Below, one piece after another: positions 26,643-39,704 of a stretch of DNA of 64,000 nucleotides; within the stretch, counting starts at the first letter, position 1, and the number at the start of each line of letters is the position of its first letter. Source of the stretch: Octopus vulgaris (lineage: Eukaryota). The DNA is taken from the NCBI GenBank assembly GCA_951406725.2, contig OX597817.1, positions 15,004,001 through 15,068,000 on the forward strand, written 5' to 3'. The notes beneath the pieces were generated by a model. It was not told the DNA's origin. It ran no database searches and saw only the letters and a program-made list of their open reading frames with translations. The position numbers and the translations under genes were made by a program.

Positions 26643-27780
26643 ATTTCTTTACTGCCCACAAGGGGCTAAACACAGAGGGGACAAACAAGGACAGACAAAG
26701 GGATTAAGTTGATTACATCGACTCCAGTGCGTAACTGGTACTTAATTTATCGATCCCGAAAGGGTGAAAGGCAAAGTCGACCTCGGCGGAATTTGAACTC
26801 AGAACGTAACGACAGACGAAATACCTATTTCTTTATTACCCACAAGGGGCTAAACATAGAGGGGACAAACAAGGACAGACATAGGTATTAAGTCGATTAC
26901 ATCGACCCCAGTGCGTAAGTGGTACTTATTTAATCGACCCCGAAAGGATGAAAGGCAAAGTCGACTTCGGCGGAATTTGAACTCAGAACGTAGCGCCAGA
27001 CGAAATACCTATTTCTTTACTACCCACAAGGGGCTAAACACAGAGGGGACAAACGGATTAAGTCAATTATATCGACCCCCAGTGCGTAACTGGTACTTAA
27101 TTTATTTATCGACCCCGAAAGGATGAAAGGCAAAGTCGACCTCGGCGGAATTTGAACTCAGAACGTAACGACAGACGAAATACCTATTTCTTTATTACCC
27201 ACAAGGAGCTAAACATAGAAGGGACAAACAAGGACAGACATAGGTATTAAGTCGATTACATCAACCCCATTGCGTAACTGGTACTTTAATTTATCGACTC
27301 CGAAAGGATGAAAGGCAAAGTCGACCTCTGGCGGAATTTGAACTCAGAACGTAACGACAGACGAAATACCTATTTCTATTTCTTTACTACCCACAAGTGG
27401 CTAAACACAGTGAAGACAAGCATAGGTATTAAGTCGATTACATCAACCCCAGTGCGTAACTGGTACTTTAATTTATCGACCCCGAAAGGATGAAAGGCAA
27501 AGTCGACTTCGGGCGGAATTTGAACTCTGAACGAAATACCTATTTCTTTATTACCCACAAGGGGCTAAACGTAGAGGGGACAAACATAGGTATTAAGTCG
27601 ATTACATCGACCCCAGTGCGTAATTGGTAGTACTTAATTTATTTATCGACTCCGAAAGGACGAAAGGCAAAGTCGACCTCGGGCGGAATACGAACTCAGA
27701 ACGTAACGACAGCAGACGATAATATAGCGCATAGCGCTAAGCATTTCGCCCCCAGCCGCGCTAACGCTTCTGCCACAAGC
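26643..27780 (-). repeat. Head-to-tail hexamer of SINE family A bodies with a single head
   Basis: Six ~165-190 bp units; junction GAAATACCTATTTC at 26818, 27002, 27177, 27363 and 27533. Confidence 0.9.
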
Positions 27781-27789
27781 TCGAGTCGT

Positions 27790-28988
27790 TTATTACAATT
27801 GTTGAGAGAGATCCACACCCTTCCGTTTCATATGACATGACTGAACGATTTATCTTCCCGTGTTTTCGTATGTAACTGCTAGACGGCAATTTACATGACG
27901 TCATTGAAAGTGGAATTCCGTGCTGGATGCAGTAGCTTGCCAGGAGTGGATGTCGGTAAATTGCGTGTTGAAATTAAATGATTTTTTGCTGATTCCTTAT
28001 TAATTTGTCCTTTTTTTTTTTTTTTTCGAAACCTCAACCTATTTTTCAAAGCATGTTTATTAGCTAATTGTTACCGAAAGTTTTTCTGTAATTTTAACAT
28101 GTGTAGAAAACAAAATATCTCTGTATTATTTATTATGTCTTACCTCAAAGTTATTCCTTTTAGTGAGGGGAAAGTGAGGCGCGGAGTGATTGCCTTCCGC
28201 TGAATGAAGTTAGTCCCAACGCTTTCACTTAAATTTCGACTTTCTAAGGTATTACATGGATTCTAAAAAATTAATCCCTATACTTGATTGATCTTGTTTA
28301 TTCGATACATTCACAATTCGAGTCGATTGTCGTAGGTAAAGTATACTATAAAAGTACACGAGTTGCCTTCTCACCACTAATTAACATATCGCTTTAGTGA
28401 AACTGGCTATAAATACCCAAGTCATTTCCATGCCTAAAATAGCACGACTTGTAGATTTCTCCACCTCAGCCAGATTTCAACTGGTTAGTAAAAATAGCAT
28501 CAAAACCCACCGATATTTTTACTTCGCTTTTCTCTCTCGTATTGAAGAATGACTTAACTTGAAAATGTTGGTCGTTAGTAGTAAGCTTGTGTATACAAAC
28601 ACAGCCGGATTTGTTTGGTGTGTTTTCTGTTAGGAATGGCGTTATACAATTGGAAGAAGGAGTTGTTGGCAAGCGAATCTCATTGCTACCAACAACAGCA
28701 TCTAACACGTTTTAACAGTAAAAATTCCTTCTTTGCTTCAATGTATCTTGATCACTGTCAAATTTTATATCGACTTGAAACTTCTATTGTCTAATGTTTA
28801 ACACATTATTGTATGTTTATTGCACGTTGGTCATCCGTCTCTTTGCTTATATATATATGTGTATATATACATCTATATCTATCTATCTATATATATGTAT
28901 ATATATTTATTTATATTTATGTATAAATAACTATACACATATAAATATATAAACATATATATGCACGCCTATGTAAATATATACACAT

Positions 28989-29023
<35 letters not shown>

Positions 29024-29355
29024 TACATATATATATTACATGTATATACACACATGATTTGATTATTGACACAAAATCAGGAAGAGTTATGTAAATGTCG
29101 ATCTAAACGTAAAATTTCTACTATAGAGAAGAAGCAACATATGAAAATTACCATATTTGCTTTCAGTATTAATTAATATTCGATTTCCTCAAACCATATC
29201 TACTGTTCATATGTAATTGTATATATGTATATATATATATTTATATAAATACATATATATATATGTGTATTTATATATATATGTATGTATTTATATATAT
29301 ATATGTATGTATTTATGTATATATATAATATATAAAATCTTAATTTCTATTACAG
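27790..29355 (+). promoter_or_regulatory. Putative MEF2 promoter / 5' regulatory zone
   Basis: Unique sequence with visibly more CpG than the flanks; perfect CRE TGACGTCA at 27896-27903; TATA/MEF2-like GGCTATAAATAC at about 28404; upstream of a strong splice donor. The TSS cannot be determined from sequence. Confidence 0.45.
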
Positions 29356-29570
29356 ATCGTGGGTCAATTTTATTTCCACGTGATAGGTGTTGGTGTTTTG
29401 CTTGTCGAATCGGGCACTGTGGATAGTTGAAACGTAATATCGGCCAACATTTGGGATTTATATAAGAAAAAAAAAGAGGCAAAAAAACCAAAACCCCCCC
29501 CAACAAAAAACAGTTGCATATTCTCTACCTAAAATTGGTCGTCTCCTTTTTCCAGAAGCCGCAGTTTAAG
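29356..29570 (+). other. Candidate non-coding 5' UTR exon of MEF2
   Basis: Consensus donor AAG|GTAAGT at 29570/29571; acceptor-like TTTCTATTACAG ending 29355. The ATG exon begins with an acceptor, so an upstream exon is expected. Confidence 0.5.
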
Positions 29571-30022
29571 GTAAGTTAATTAGTTTTATATTTAATTGTC
29601 TTTTATTTTTCAGATTAGGGGGTTAACTTGGTTAATTAATCATTCAGAACCGTTTTGGTTTTTTCCCCCTGTCCTTTATTATATAGTTACAGTATGTTAT
29701 ATGACGTTACATTAAGGCGGTCTGTTTCTGACTTCCTCAATTGGCTACCAGAAGCTCACTTTCACATAGGCAGAATCCCATTTTTCCTTTTTAGTCCATC
29801 CTTACATATTTGGACTCTTCCTTAATCACGCACTCATGCACATTCACGCATAAACACGTAAAACTTTCTGCAAACTCAATTATATTTTTGTTTTTACCTC
29901 CTTCAACTTTTTTGTTTTTAATTTATTTATTTCATTATTATTTTTTTTTTTTTTGTCAAAGTTTTTAATCTTTCCGTTTCACGCGATTTCCTGAGAGTAG
30001 TTTGATATATATATATTTACAC

Positions 30023-30053
<31 letters not shown>

Positions 30054-33000
30054 TCAATTAACCAAATGGCAGCAAAACGAATAATAAATAAAAAAATAAA
30101 TAAAAATTGCATTTGTGGTGATGGTGGTGGTGGTAGTAGTTGTAGTGGTGAATATGATGTGTGTGTGTGAAATAGAAAATTACGATACAGACATTGTCAA
30201 TTTCACACTCTTGGTCCGTTTTCAAATACTTGAGTTGAACGGGATTTGCAGAACTGCTTTCGCCACTTGAAACATTTTAATTTCCTTGCTGTATGTATAT
30301 TTCTGTACATTTTTCAAATTTTTAATAGATTTTCTTCAACTTAAATACGTTTTTCTTTCGTAAGTTAGAAAAATTCCTAAGAATATTTCTCTCTATCTGG
30401 AGAAATTATTATACCTAACTGTTGAAATTATTTTGTTCTTGATGGGACAAAATGTAAACATTTTTATTACTTTAGAAAAAAAAAAGATTCTTCTGATAAA
30501 GTGTAGTCACTTTTATGTATATATTTATATATTTACGGTTCCATTTCAAACTTATTGGTATTTTTTTCATTACTCCCATTTTTTTAAGATCCGTCTTACC
30601 TTTACCCTACACAGCTTTTATATTTTTAAAGTATTATTCATATATTCCACAAATTTCACATCTATGTATAATTTGGCTTCACTGTATATATTTAATATTT
30701 ACAAATATATTTCGTAGAATATTTCCTGAATCTACTACTAATCACTCACTCACCTTATAATTTGTGAATGCACGCGTGCTTCTAAAAGTGTTGGTTTGCG
30801 TTGACTGCCCCCTTCCCATCTGTTAATGAAACATACAACCTAACTTAGGTGTGTGTTGCTATGTGTGAGTGCCTTAAAAAAATAACCGAAGTTTCACGCA
30901 GGATCTACCGATGAAGGGCACTGTCGCAACGTCAGTATTTTTTATATTATTAATACTCTTTATTGTACGTCAGTGTTACCCTACTTTTTGGAGCCAAGAG
31001 GCCTCTATGGTCACGATCTGCTAGGGGAAAAAAATCTCCTTCAAATCACAACCTAGTTTTGAAAAAATAGCCTTAGATGCACTGTGTCTGAAAAAGGGTG
31101 GTCATTGCGTAAAAAAAAAAATACCTTAGATCATAAGCTGTGCTCAATCAAAACTAACCTGGAAATAAACAAACTCACTTTCTTTTTCCCTCTAATGTAT
31201 ATTATTATTATTTTTGTTTTTTTCCACATTTTTCGTACACTTGAATAAGACTGATTCACGAAGCCCCTATCGCAGTTCTCCATTTGAACTATTTTATTGG
31301 CAATTCAGTACCTGAGTTTATATGCCTATATGCAGCTCGTTAAAATCTTATTCGCTGTGTTCTTCAGTTGAATTGATCCATGAAATTAATTCTTCAAGAA
31401 TATGTAAAGTTAGAGGAAAAGCTATAATTTTTGGGCGGAGGTAAACAATACACACACCACCCGTCTTCGGCCTAACAAAAACCCTAACCTTAAACATCGG
31501 GTGTGTGTGTATTCTTTACCGTCGCTAATTTTTGCACTTCCTTATCCATGTATCAGCTTTGTGTATTTTACATGTAGTTTTTAATCCAGAAATTTTGTTT
31601 TCAATTACATATTTTTAAGTAATTGAATCATGTGTTCATTTGCTAAATACGCACTGACTAAATAATAATATGCCCCAGCATGACCGCAGTTCAATGACCG
31701 AAGCAAGCAAAATATGAAAGATAAATATTAATCAGTTATTGTTTAAATCCCTTATCAAGCAAAACTGTATTTGAAGGCAATTGTGGCCATCTCGTCTTGT
31801 TTTAATGTTCGAGGATTACTTCATCCTATGTGTCCTAAAGTGAAACTGAATTGAGAATGAACTACTGAATATAATTTTTTTTTGTCACACACACGTCCAT
31901 TAAATATCTGACGTTTTAAATCTGTATTTTAGAAATCATTTTAGTAACCCTGCTTTACCATGTAAAAGCTCTCGTACCATGAGAGAAATCCTCAAACTTG
32001 AAATTTTTTTCATTTCATGTATATTGCTCCATCCACCTCTTTTCAGTTTTGTCCTAAGTGTTGCCCACCAGCATTTTAATATTTTTGTTGTATAACAATT
32101 TGAGTTGGATAGGCTGTTAAATCATAAGAATACTCATCTCTATCTTTCATTCTCCCATCTATGAAAGCCCAGTTTACTAAGGCCTGTCATCATCCCTCTT
32201 CATATCTTCCTCGACAACAGAAAATTCACTGACTGCACTTTGCATTTTTTTCATCCAGCATTCTATTCATTTATGTTACCTGTTCTCTTTTGCATATATA
32301 TATATATATATATATATATAATTCTGTTTAATGTCCAGCTCTATTCTCTCCTCACATGTTCTGTACCTTTTTATTTGGGTGGGTGCAACACATTCATTGG
32401 GTTATGTCCCCCTTATTTCTCTCAATACTTTTGTTTTGCTATCACATAACACTTCTTTAAATCACTTTGTGTAATGTGACTTGCTCATAGAGACTACAGA
32501 AATCTTTTGTTGCCAACAGGTAATAATTCTTTGAAGTTTTGGTCTGTCAGAAATTTCACTTAGTCTTTTATGTAGTTTTTTTGTTTGTATTGAGTTCCTA
32601 CTGACTATTCTTATATATTTTAGATAAAGGAGTATTTTGGGTTATGATGAAATATTTGTAAATTTTGAGAGTCTCTTGAACTGTGTTTTCTTGTGGACAT
32701 ATTTACTGATAGGTGTATTATATTAAGTGTTAAATGGTTTTGTCAAATATATTTAACTGTGAGAAAACTCAAGATGATTTTCTTCTAATGCCAAAGAAGC
32801 TTCCTTGAAGTAATTGGGAGTTTTTGTTATCTTTGTTGTGTAATCAACAATAGAGTTGGGTATTCTGAAAGCATTCTATAACCTGAGTAAGAACATCATC
32901 ATCATCATCATCGTTTAGCGTCCGTTTTCCATGCTAGCATGGGTTGGACGGTTCAACTGGGGTCTGTGAAGCCGGAAGGCTTCATCAGGCCCAGTCAGAT

Positions 33001-33119
33001 CTGGCAGTGTTTCTACGGCTGGATGCCCTTCCTAACGCCAACCACTCCGTAAGTGTAGTGGGTGCTTTTTACGTGCCACCCGCACAGGTACCAGACAGAG
33101 GATTAAAAAAAAAAGTCTA

Positions 33120-33895
33120 AAGGGGTTCCTTTTCCAAGTAAAGGACAGACTACGATGCTTGTGTATGGAGTGAAATGTTGTATGGTAGGGATGTAAAGGC
33201 ATTGAATTTTTAAGGAAGTATGAAAGCTGATGGATGTCTGTTAGTGTGCCTGAGCACCAACAAAGTATAACTGATCTGAGAGAAAAATGGAATGTAAGAG
33301 AAATTGGGTATGGTTTGCAAGAGTGAATGCTGTACCAATATAAATGTGATGTTTGTGAAGGATGTCAATTGAAGAAGTGCCATATACAAGGAACATGATG
33401 GTCTGATCTCAAGATTCTGTATCTTACAAAGATGATAGCTAGGACCTGTGTTAACTCTTTAGTTAGTTAGTTAATTTTTTGGCTCAAAAAGCAAAAAGCA
33501 AGGCCATGTAGGGGGACATGGAGTTATGTACAGGGTGGTGTTCATGTAAAGAGTTCAGGCCACTTGAGGTCAAGGGAGACTTTGAACCGAGCGGTCGTCG
33601 GCATCTTCACCATCTCGTCTGGCAGCTTATTCCACGTTTCCGCAACCTGGACGGAGAAAGCCCCTCTCCTTCGATTGAGATGAAATCGTCGCAGATAGAG
33701 CTTTTCGGAATGACTATTCTACCAAAATTAATGCTTTTTAAAACGATATTGTAGGGTTGGTGTGAGAGACCAGATCTGGCCAGTTTGAACATAAAACAGG
33801 CAGAATACTTTTGGCCGGATATGGCCGGTTTAAATGCTAAGGGGTTACAGATCTATCCAAAATATGCAAGCATGGAAAATAATGATGAAGATGAT
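33120..33895. mobile_element. Nested stack: RTE 3' fragment (+), then MITE family 1 (33451-33846), then CR1/L2 3' fragment (-, about 33461-33713)
   Basis: Minus strand reads LNRRRGAFSVQVAETWNKLPDEMVKMPTTARFKVSLDLKW with a (CTAA)n tail, splitting a MITE that itself splits an RTE-like 3' end. Confidence 0.65.
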
Positions 33896-34051
33896 AGACA
33901 TAGCCAACTGTAGGTTATAAATTATCCCATCATTTGTTCAACAGCTATAAGTTTTAAGGTATAATGTAGTTAAAACAGAGGAAAAGGTCTTAGATTATAT
34001 ATATAAAGTAATATTTATCTCCTACTTAAAAGTATTTATCTCCATACTTGA

Positions 34052-34382
34052 AGGCGTATGGCTCAGTGGTTAGAGCGTCGAGCTTACGATCGTGAGGTTG
34101 TGAGCTTGAATCCCGGACCGGGCTGCGTGTTGTGTTCTTGAGCAAGACACTTTATTTCATGTTGCTCCAGTTCACTCGGCTGTAGAAATGAGTTGCGACG
34201 TCACAAGTGCCAAGATGTGTCGGTCTTTGCCTTTCCCTTGGATAACACTGGTGGAGTGGAGAGGGAAGGCCGGTATGCATGGGCGACTGCTGGTCTGTCA
34301 TAAACCACCTTGCCCAGACTTGTGACTAGGAGGGTAACTTTCTAGGTGCAATCCCATGGTCAGTGTCGTGACCGAAGGGGGT
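34052..34382 (+). mobile_element. tRNA/CORE-like SINE family D (second copy about 16860-17175, minus)
   Basis: A box TGGCTCAGTGG, B-box-like region, GTTCTTGAGCAAGACACTT core. Confidence 0.75.
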
Positions 34383-35648
34383 CCCGGACTTAAAAGTGGA
34401 TGCTGTATTAGAACACAGAAAAATGCATTATTTACCAGGAGAGGTCCACTCATAATAAATAATGCCATATTCTGTGTTCTAACACAACGTCCACCTTAAG
34501 TAGGAGAAAAACATTGCCTTTTGGTGTTAATACTCTTTCTGTCATTATTAATTATATATATAATTGTGCAAGTATTTGTATTTTTGCTTGCCTTGTTTGC
34601 AATATTGTAAGTTCTCCATATTCATTTTATTGACCATTTATCTTTGGTACTAGTGTTAGTATTGAACTTGTTAGCTTGGTACCATCATTAGGTTTTGCAT
34701 AAATGTAATAAGTGAGCTCAGACAAAATAATTTCTGTTATCATTAACTTAAAACTATTCTGTTTTAACATCTTTGAACACCATTCTTCAAAAGAAGTATT
34801 TTGTAGTTTTTCTTGCTATCACTTCGACCACTCTTTCTCTTGGAGTATTCCTGTATTTTATGACATTTCTTAAGTCTTCTATTTGCAATGTGGCATCACA
34901 CGAGAGTTGATCAATGTAACTCATTTTGAGTCATTCGACATAAGAATTCCTATGGCTTAGGATTCACAAAAGGAGCTCCCTCACTAATTCAGCTTTGCTC
35001 TGATAGCAGTGGTCAGCCCATTTTGTCCTCTGCTCATGAATGGTTGATGATATATTGGGGATATTTCCATAAAGCTCTTTCAATGAATTTTTAGTCTTAT
35101 TTTCATTTGTGAATTATGAATTTCTATTTCCTTTCAAATGTTCCTAACGAGCTTCCTATATATGTTTGAGATTATTCATCTTCATTTTAATGGCTGCTTT
35201 TTTGTGCTTAATTCTCCATATGTTCTAATCTTAATATGTTTTTCCATGCTAAATTCTGCAGATGTTTCGGCTACTTAATGAGACCCAAAGATTTAGGATC
35301 TGATCTACCTTCTTGGACATCTGCATTCATTGGTATCTGATTTCTTAACTCATACTCCAACTTTATCCTGTTGTAATATTGCACATTTACTACCACATCA
35401 ATATTTTCTCTATCTCATTTTAAAGTCTATCTTTTGTATAAAAATAGAGGCTCCAGGTTCAGTGCTTCACTCCCATGTCTGTGTGTTAAGCTAATGTAAG
35501 ATAGATCTCTTCTAGATGGGACAACAGTTCTTTTCCCCTCTGTTAACAGCTTTGTTCATATGCATCTTTATACCCCACCTTTTTTTTTAATGGGTTCACT
35601 CATATGATTGTGGGGATGGTGGGTACTCTTCATCAGTTTAATACCTAT

Positions 35649-35876
35649 TTAACCCTTTAGTGTTTAAACCGGCTGTATCCGGCCCAAATATTCTACACAT
35701 TTTATGCTCAAACTGGCCAGAACATGCATCTCACACCTACCCTGCAATGTCACTCTAAAAATAAGCAATTACATCTTTCCTATCTTGAAGGTACAAAATA
35801 ATATCAGATAAATTTTTTTAAATGTGAATTAATAAGGATTACTTTTGACAAATTAATCTGAACGCTAAAGGGTTAA
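35649..35876. mobile_element. piggyBac-type MITE family 1, diverged
   Basis: TTAA-CCCTTTAG...CTAAAGGG-TTAA. Confidence 0.8.
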
Positions 35877-36429
35877 TCACTGTTTGTTGAATCTCTAAAT
35901 TATGAAACTTAAAGGGTCATGTTGTAACCACTGGCATGGAATGGCATATGTCCTCTGCCACTTGTGTGTGTGTGTGTGTGTGTGTTTATGTGTGAGACAG
36001 GCTTCTGCACAGTTATTGTCTGTAAAATTCCACCTACAAGGCACTGGTAAACTCAAGTCTACAGGAGAGAGGAAAGAGAAGCAAAAAGAAAGTGAGAGAT
36101 GTGGTGATGGTAGTGGAAGATATGTAAATATGCACACATACATACAAAGAAATTTAAAATCTAAAGATGTTGTGAACCAGATAAATCAAATATTTCTCAA
36201 GAGAAAAAATAACCATAAAGAACCCTCATCTCCATCATCATCATCGTTTAATGTCCGTTCTCCATGCTAGCATGGGTTGGACGGTTCGACCGGGGATCTG
36301 GGAAGCCAGGAAGCTGCATCAGGCTCCAGTCTTATCTGGCAATGTTTCTACAGCTGGATGCCCTTCATAACGCCAACCACTCCGTGAGTGTAGTGGGTGC
36401 TTTTTATGTGCCACCCGCACAGGTGCCAC

Positions 36430-36720
36430 TTTCAGAGCATCTTCTTCCACTGCTGATCTGGTCACCTAGGTAACAGAAACTATCTGCTATTTCTCATGAT
36501 CCATTTGGGCATTTGAAGAAATCTATTTCCTGTGCATTTGCTACACACAAAGTCTACCTTCTCCGTTTACCTTCCTGTGATGCAATGCATCTCTCATATG
36601 TTCACAGTTTGCACTGGGGTACACCATATGGAATTTCTACAAATACCTTTTCTACATATTGCACAGAGCCGTTTTCCCGAAGAGATTGGTGGTTTGTCTG
36701 TTTTACTCCTTACTAAAACT
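36430..36720 (-). mobile_element. Decayed LINE fragment with a Cys-rich, PHD-like finger (probably RTE)
   Basis: Minus strand reads SGKRLCAICRKGICRNSIWCT..CK....RC....DFVCSKCTG across frameshifts. Confidence 0.5.
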
Positions 36721-36725
36721 TAACT

Positions 36726-36954
36726 TTAACCCTTTAGTGTTCGCATTATTCTGCCAAAATTAATGCTTTTACATCCACATTGTTTTGAATTAATCATGCA
36801 TTATCTTGTAGCTATGAGAGTTTGATGAGGTAGCTGTTAATTTTTAAGATGATATTGTAGGGTTGGTGTGAGAGACCAGATCTGGCCAGTTTGAATATGA
36901 AACAGGCAGAATACTTTTGGTCGGATATGGCCGGTTTAAATGCTAAAGGGTTAA
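36726..36954. mobile_element. piggyBac-type MITE family 1
   Basis: TTAA TSD, CCCTTTAG TIRs; close match to 41128-41356. Confidence 0.85.
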
Positions 36955-37780
36955 GCTATCCTTCTGCTGGGTTCAAATCTGAAAGACTCCTATGCATTTT
37001 CCACATTTAGTAACCATTCATAGAAGCATTTCTATGCCACCTCTTTCCAGAATGACCAAGTGCAAGTGTACCATCATCCATCCATACACATTTATTTCCT
37101 ACAACATCATGATTTTCTCTGATACTCTGTCTTGCAATCCAGAACACCTCATATCTCTGGTCCTTACACTGTAGAACAGTGGCAACATCTTCCTTTCTGC
37201 TTCTTTCCTTCCTAAATAACCCTGTCATCTGGCCACTATTCTGCTTGTCTGGTATAATTCTCTGCTACTCTTTTTCTTCCAAGCCTGCCTCTCTGCTTTC
37301 ATGGCTCTGTCTACTTCACAGTTGCACCAATATTTCACCCTTGGTCTGGCTGGAATTTTGTACCAGCTACAGATTTGGTCTGTTACCCTTAGTAGGTTGT
37401 CCTGTAAGAACTTTCAGTTATTGTATGTTATACATCTCTATCTCCTCATCATCATCATCAGATGTTTCAGTTTGAATTTCTCTAAATGCTTGACTGTTCA
37501 ATGAATCTTAAAGCCTCCTTACCTTTCTTTTTTACACTGGTTTGGATCCTTGGATTCTTCTAGTTTTAAGTCTGAAATCTCTAACCTATGTTGAATTGTA
37601 CATTCTTCATCAAGGAAGGACTTTGCATCCACAGTATCTGCATATCTTAGTTTCTGGTGAGAATGTAGTCAATTTGGCTTGTGTGCTCTTTTGTGCTTCT
37701 CTGAAAAATTGCTCAGCTTTGTGTGGTAGTTGAAGTTGTTACTGTTGTCAGTGTAAAATTATATGAAATGAAAGTATATA

Positions 37781-38944
37781 TTGGGTCATCCTATAAATAA
37801 TGCAGTTTTTTTTACATTTCTTTTATTTTTCAAAATTAAGATAAACAAAGTTCTTTTTTTAATCTAAAATATGCTCTCCTTCATTTTCTACAATGCTCTT
37901 CCATCTATCTGGTAGACTTGCAAGTACCCTCTTCCAAAATTTACTTGTCTCTAATGAAAAATACTCCTCCGCTACTGATTTGACCTCATGTACAGAATTC
38001 ATATTTTTACTACCCCAGCGCCGCCCTGACTGGCTTCCGTGCCGGTGGCACATAAAAAGCACCATCCGACCATGGCCGTTGCCAGCTTCGTCAGGTCCCT
38101 GTGCCGGTGGCACGTAAAAAGCACCATCCGATCGTGGCCGTTTGCCAGCCTCGTCTGGCACGTAAAAAGCACCCACTACACTTACGGAGTGGTTGGCGTT
38201 AGGAAGGGCATCCAGCCATAGAAACACTGCCAGATCAGACTGGGTCTGGTGCAGCCTCCTGGCTTCCCAGACCCCAGTTGAACCGTCCAACCCATGCTAG
38301 CATGGAAGGCGGACGTTAAATGATGATGAAATGATTTTTAAGACTGCAGAATAAATGTTAATCAGATGGAGAAATGTCTGGCGACTATGGTGGGTGGGGC
38401 ATTATTTCCTATTCGAACTGCTCCAGCCTTTGGAATGTCACCCTCGCTGTATGTGGCTGAGCATTGTCCTGATGGAAGAACATCTTTCATCTTGAAACCA
38501 AAGATGGTCGTTTTTCTTTTAACGCCAACTTGACTGGTTGAATGACCAAATCCAAGTTTCTCTGATAGTTCCTCATTGTGCTCTATAGATCTTCCAGGGT
38601 GTGGCTCATCTGGGCTGTAGTTTTTGGCTCAGAATTTCTGGAACCACCATTGACATTGGCTTATGTTTATTGTTTGATCCCAACATATACTGTATTAATA
38701 TTCCTCGCACTTTCTGTTGCGTTGTTGCCTTAATTGAACTCATAAAGCAAAATATGCCGAATGTGCTCCTTTGTCGCTTCCATTATAGCTCTGAAAAACC
38801 AACTGTTAATATCGAATTGCACTAAGAATAAGTACAAGGTAAAATTACTACCTGCTTTTATAGCAAGTTGATGCAAGTAGTTTCTCATGTCCCCCTCCGA
38901 CTTTTAGTTCATGCAATTGAATAAACTACATTACTTATGGGATG

Positions 38945-38950
<6 letters not shown>
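37781..38950 (-). mobile_element. Internally deleted mariner with both TIRs, interrupted by a family C copy (about 38013-38328)
   Basis: TIR TTGGGTCATCCTATAAATAATGCAGTTT and its inverse at 38923-38950; TA flanks; C-terminal ..LPDRWKSIVENEGEHILD. Confidence 0.8.
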
Positions 38951-38982
<32 letters not shown>

Positions 38983-39661
38983 CACGTACAAAGCACCATC
39001 TGTCCGTGGCCATTTGCCAGCTCCGTCTGGCACCTGTGCCGGTGGCATGTAAAAAGCACCCACTACACTCATGGAGTGGTTGGCATTAGGAAGGGCATCC
39101 AGCCGTAGAAACACTGCCAGATCAGACTGGGCCTGATGCAGCCTTCTGGCTTCACAGACCCCAGTTGAACTGTCCAACCCATGCTAGCATGGAAAGCGGA
39201 CGCTAAATGATGATGATGATATCATCATCATTGTTGTTTAATCTCTGCTTTCCATGCTGGCATCAGTTGGACAGTTTGACTGATAACTACCAAGCTGGGA
39301 AGCTAGATCAGGCTCCAATCTGATTTGGCAAGGTTTCTACAACTGGATGCCCTTCCTAACACCTACCACTCTGAGAGTGTAGTGGGTGCTTTTACATTTC
39401 ACTAGCATAGGACCCAGTCAGGCGACACTGGCATCAGCCATGACTACAATATCACATGGTTTGCCGTGTCTTCTTAAGCACAGCATATCTCCAGAAATCT
39501 TGGTTGCTTGTCATTGCCTCTGTGAGACCCAACATTTGGCAGTTGTGCTTCACCACCTCATCCCATGTCTTCCTGGGTCTACCTCTTCCACATGTTCCCT
39601 CCACTGTTAGGGTGTGATACTTATTTACACAGCTGTCCTCATATCTATATCAATCTATCTA

Positions 39662-39698
<37 letters not shown>

Positions 39699-39704
<6 letters not shown>

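Noticed and set aside
34052-34125. tRNA gene (also the heads near 39915-39988 and 44298)
   Set aside because: A/B boxes run into SINE bodies; no complete cloverleaf or terminator.
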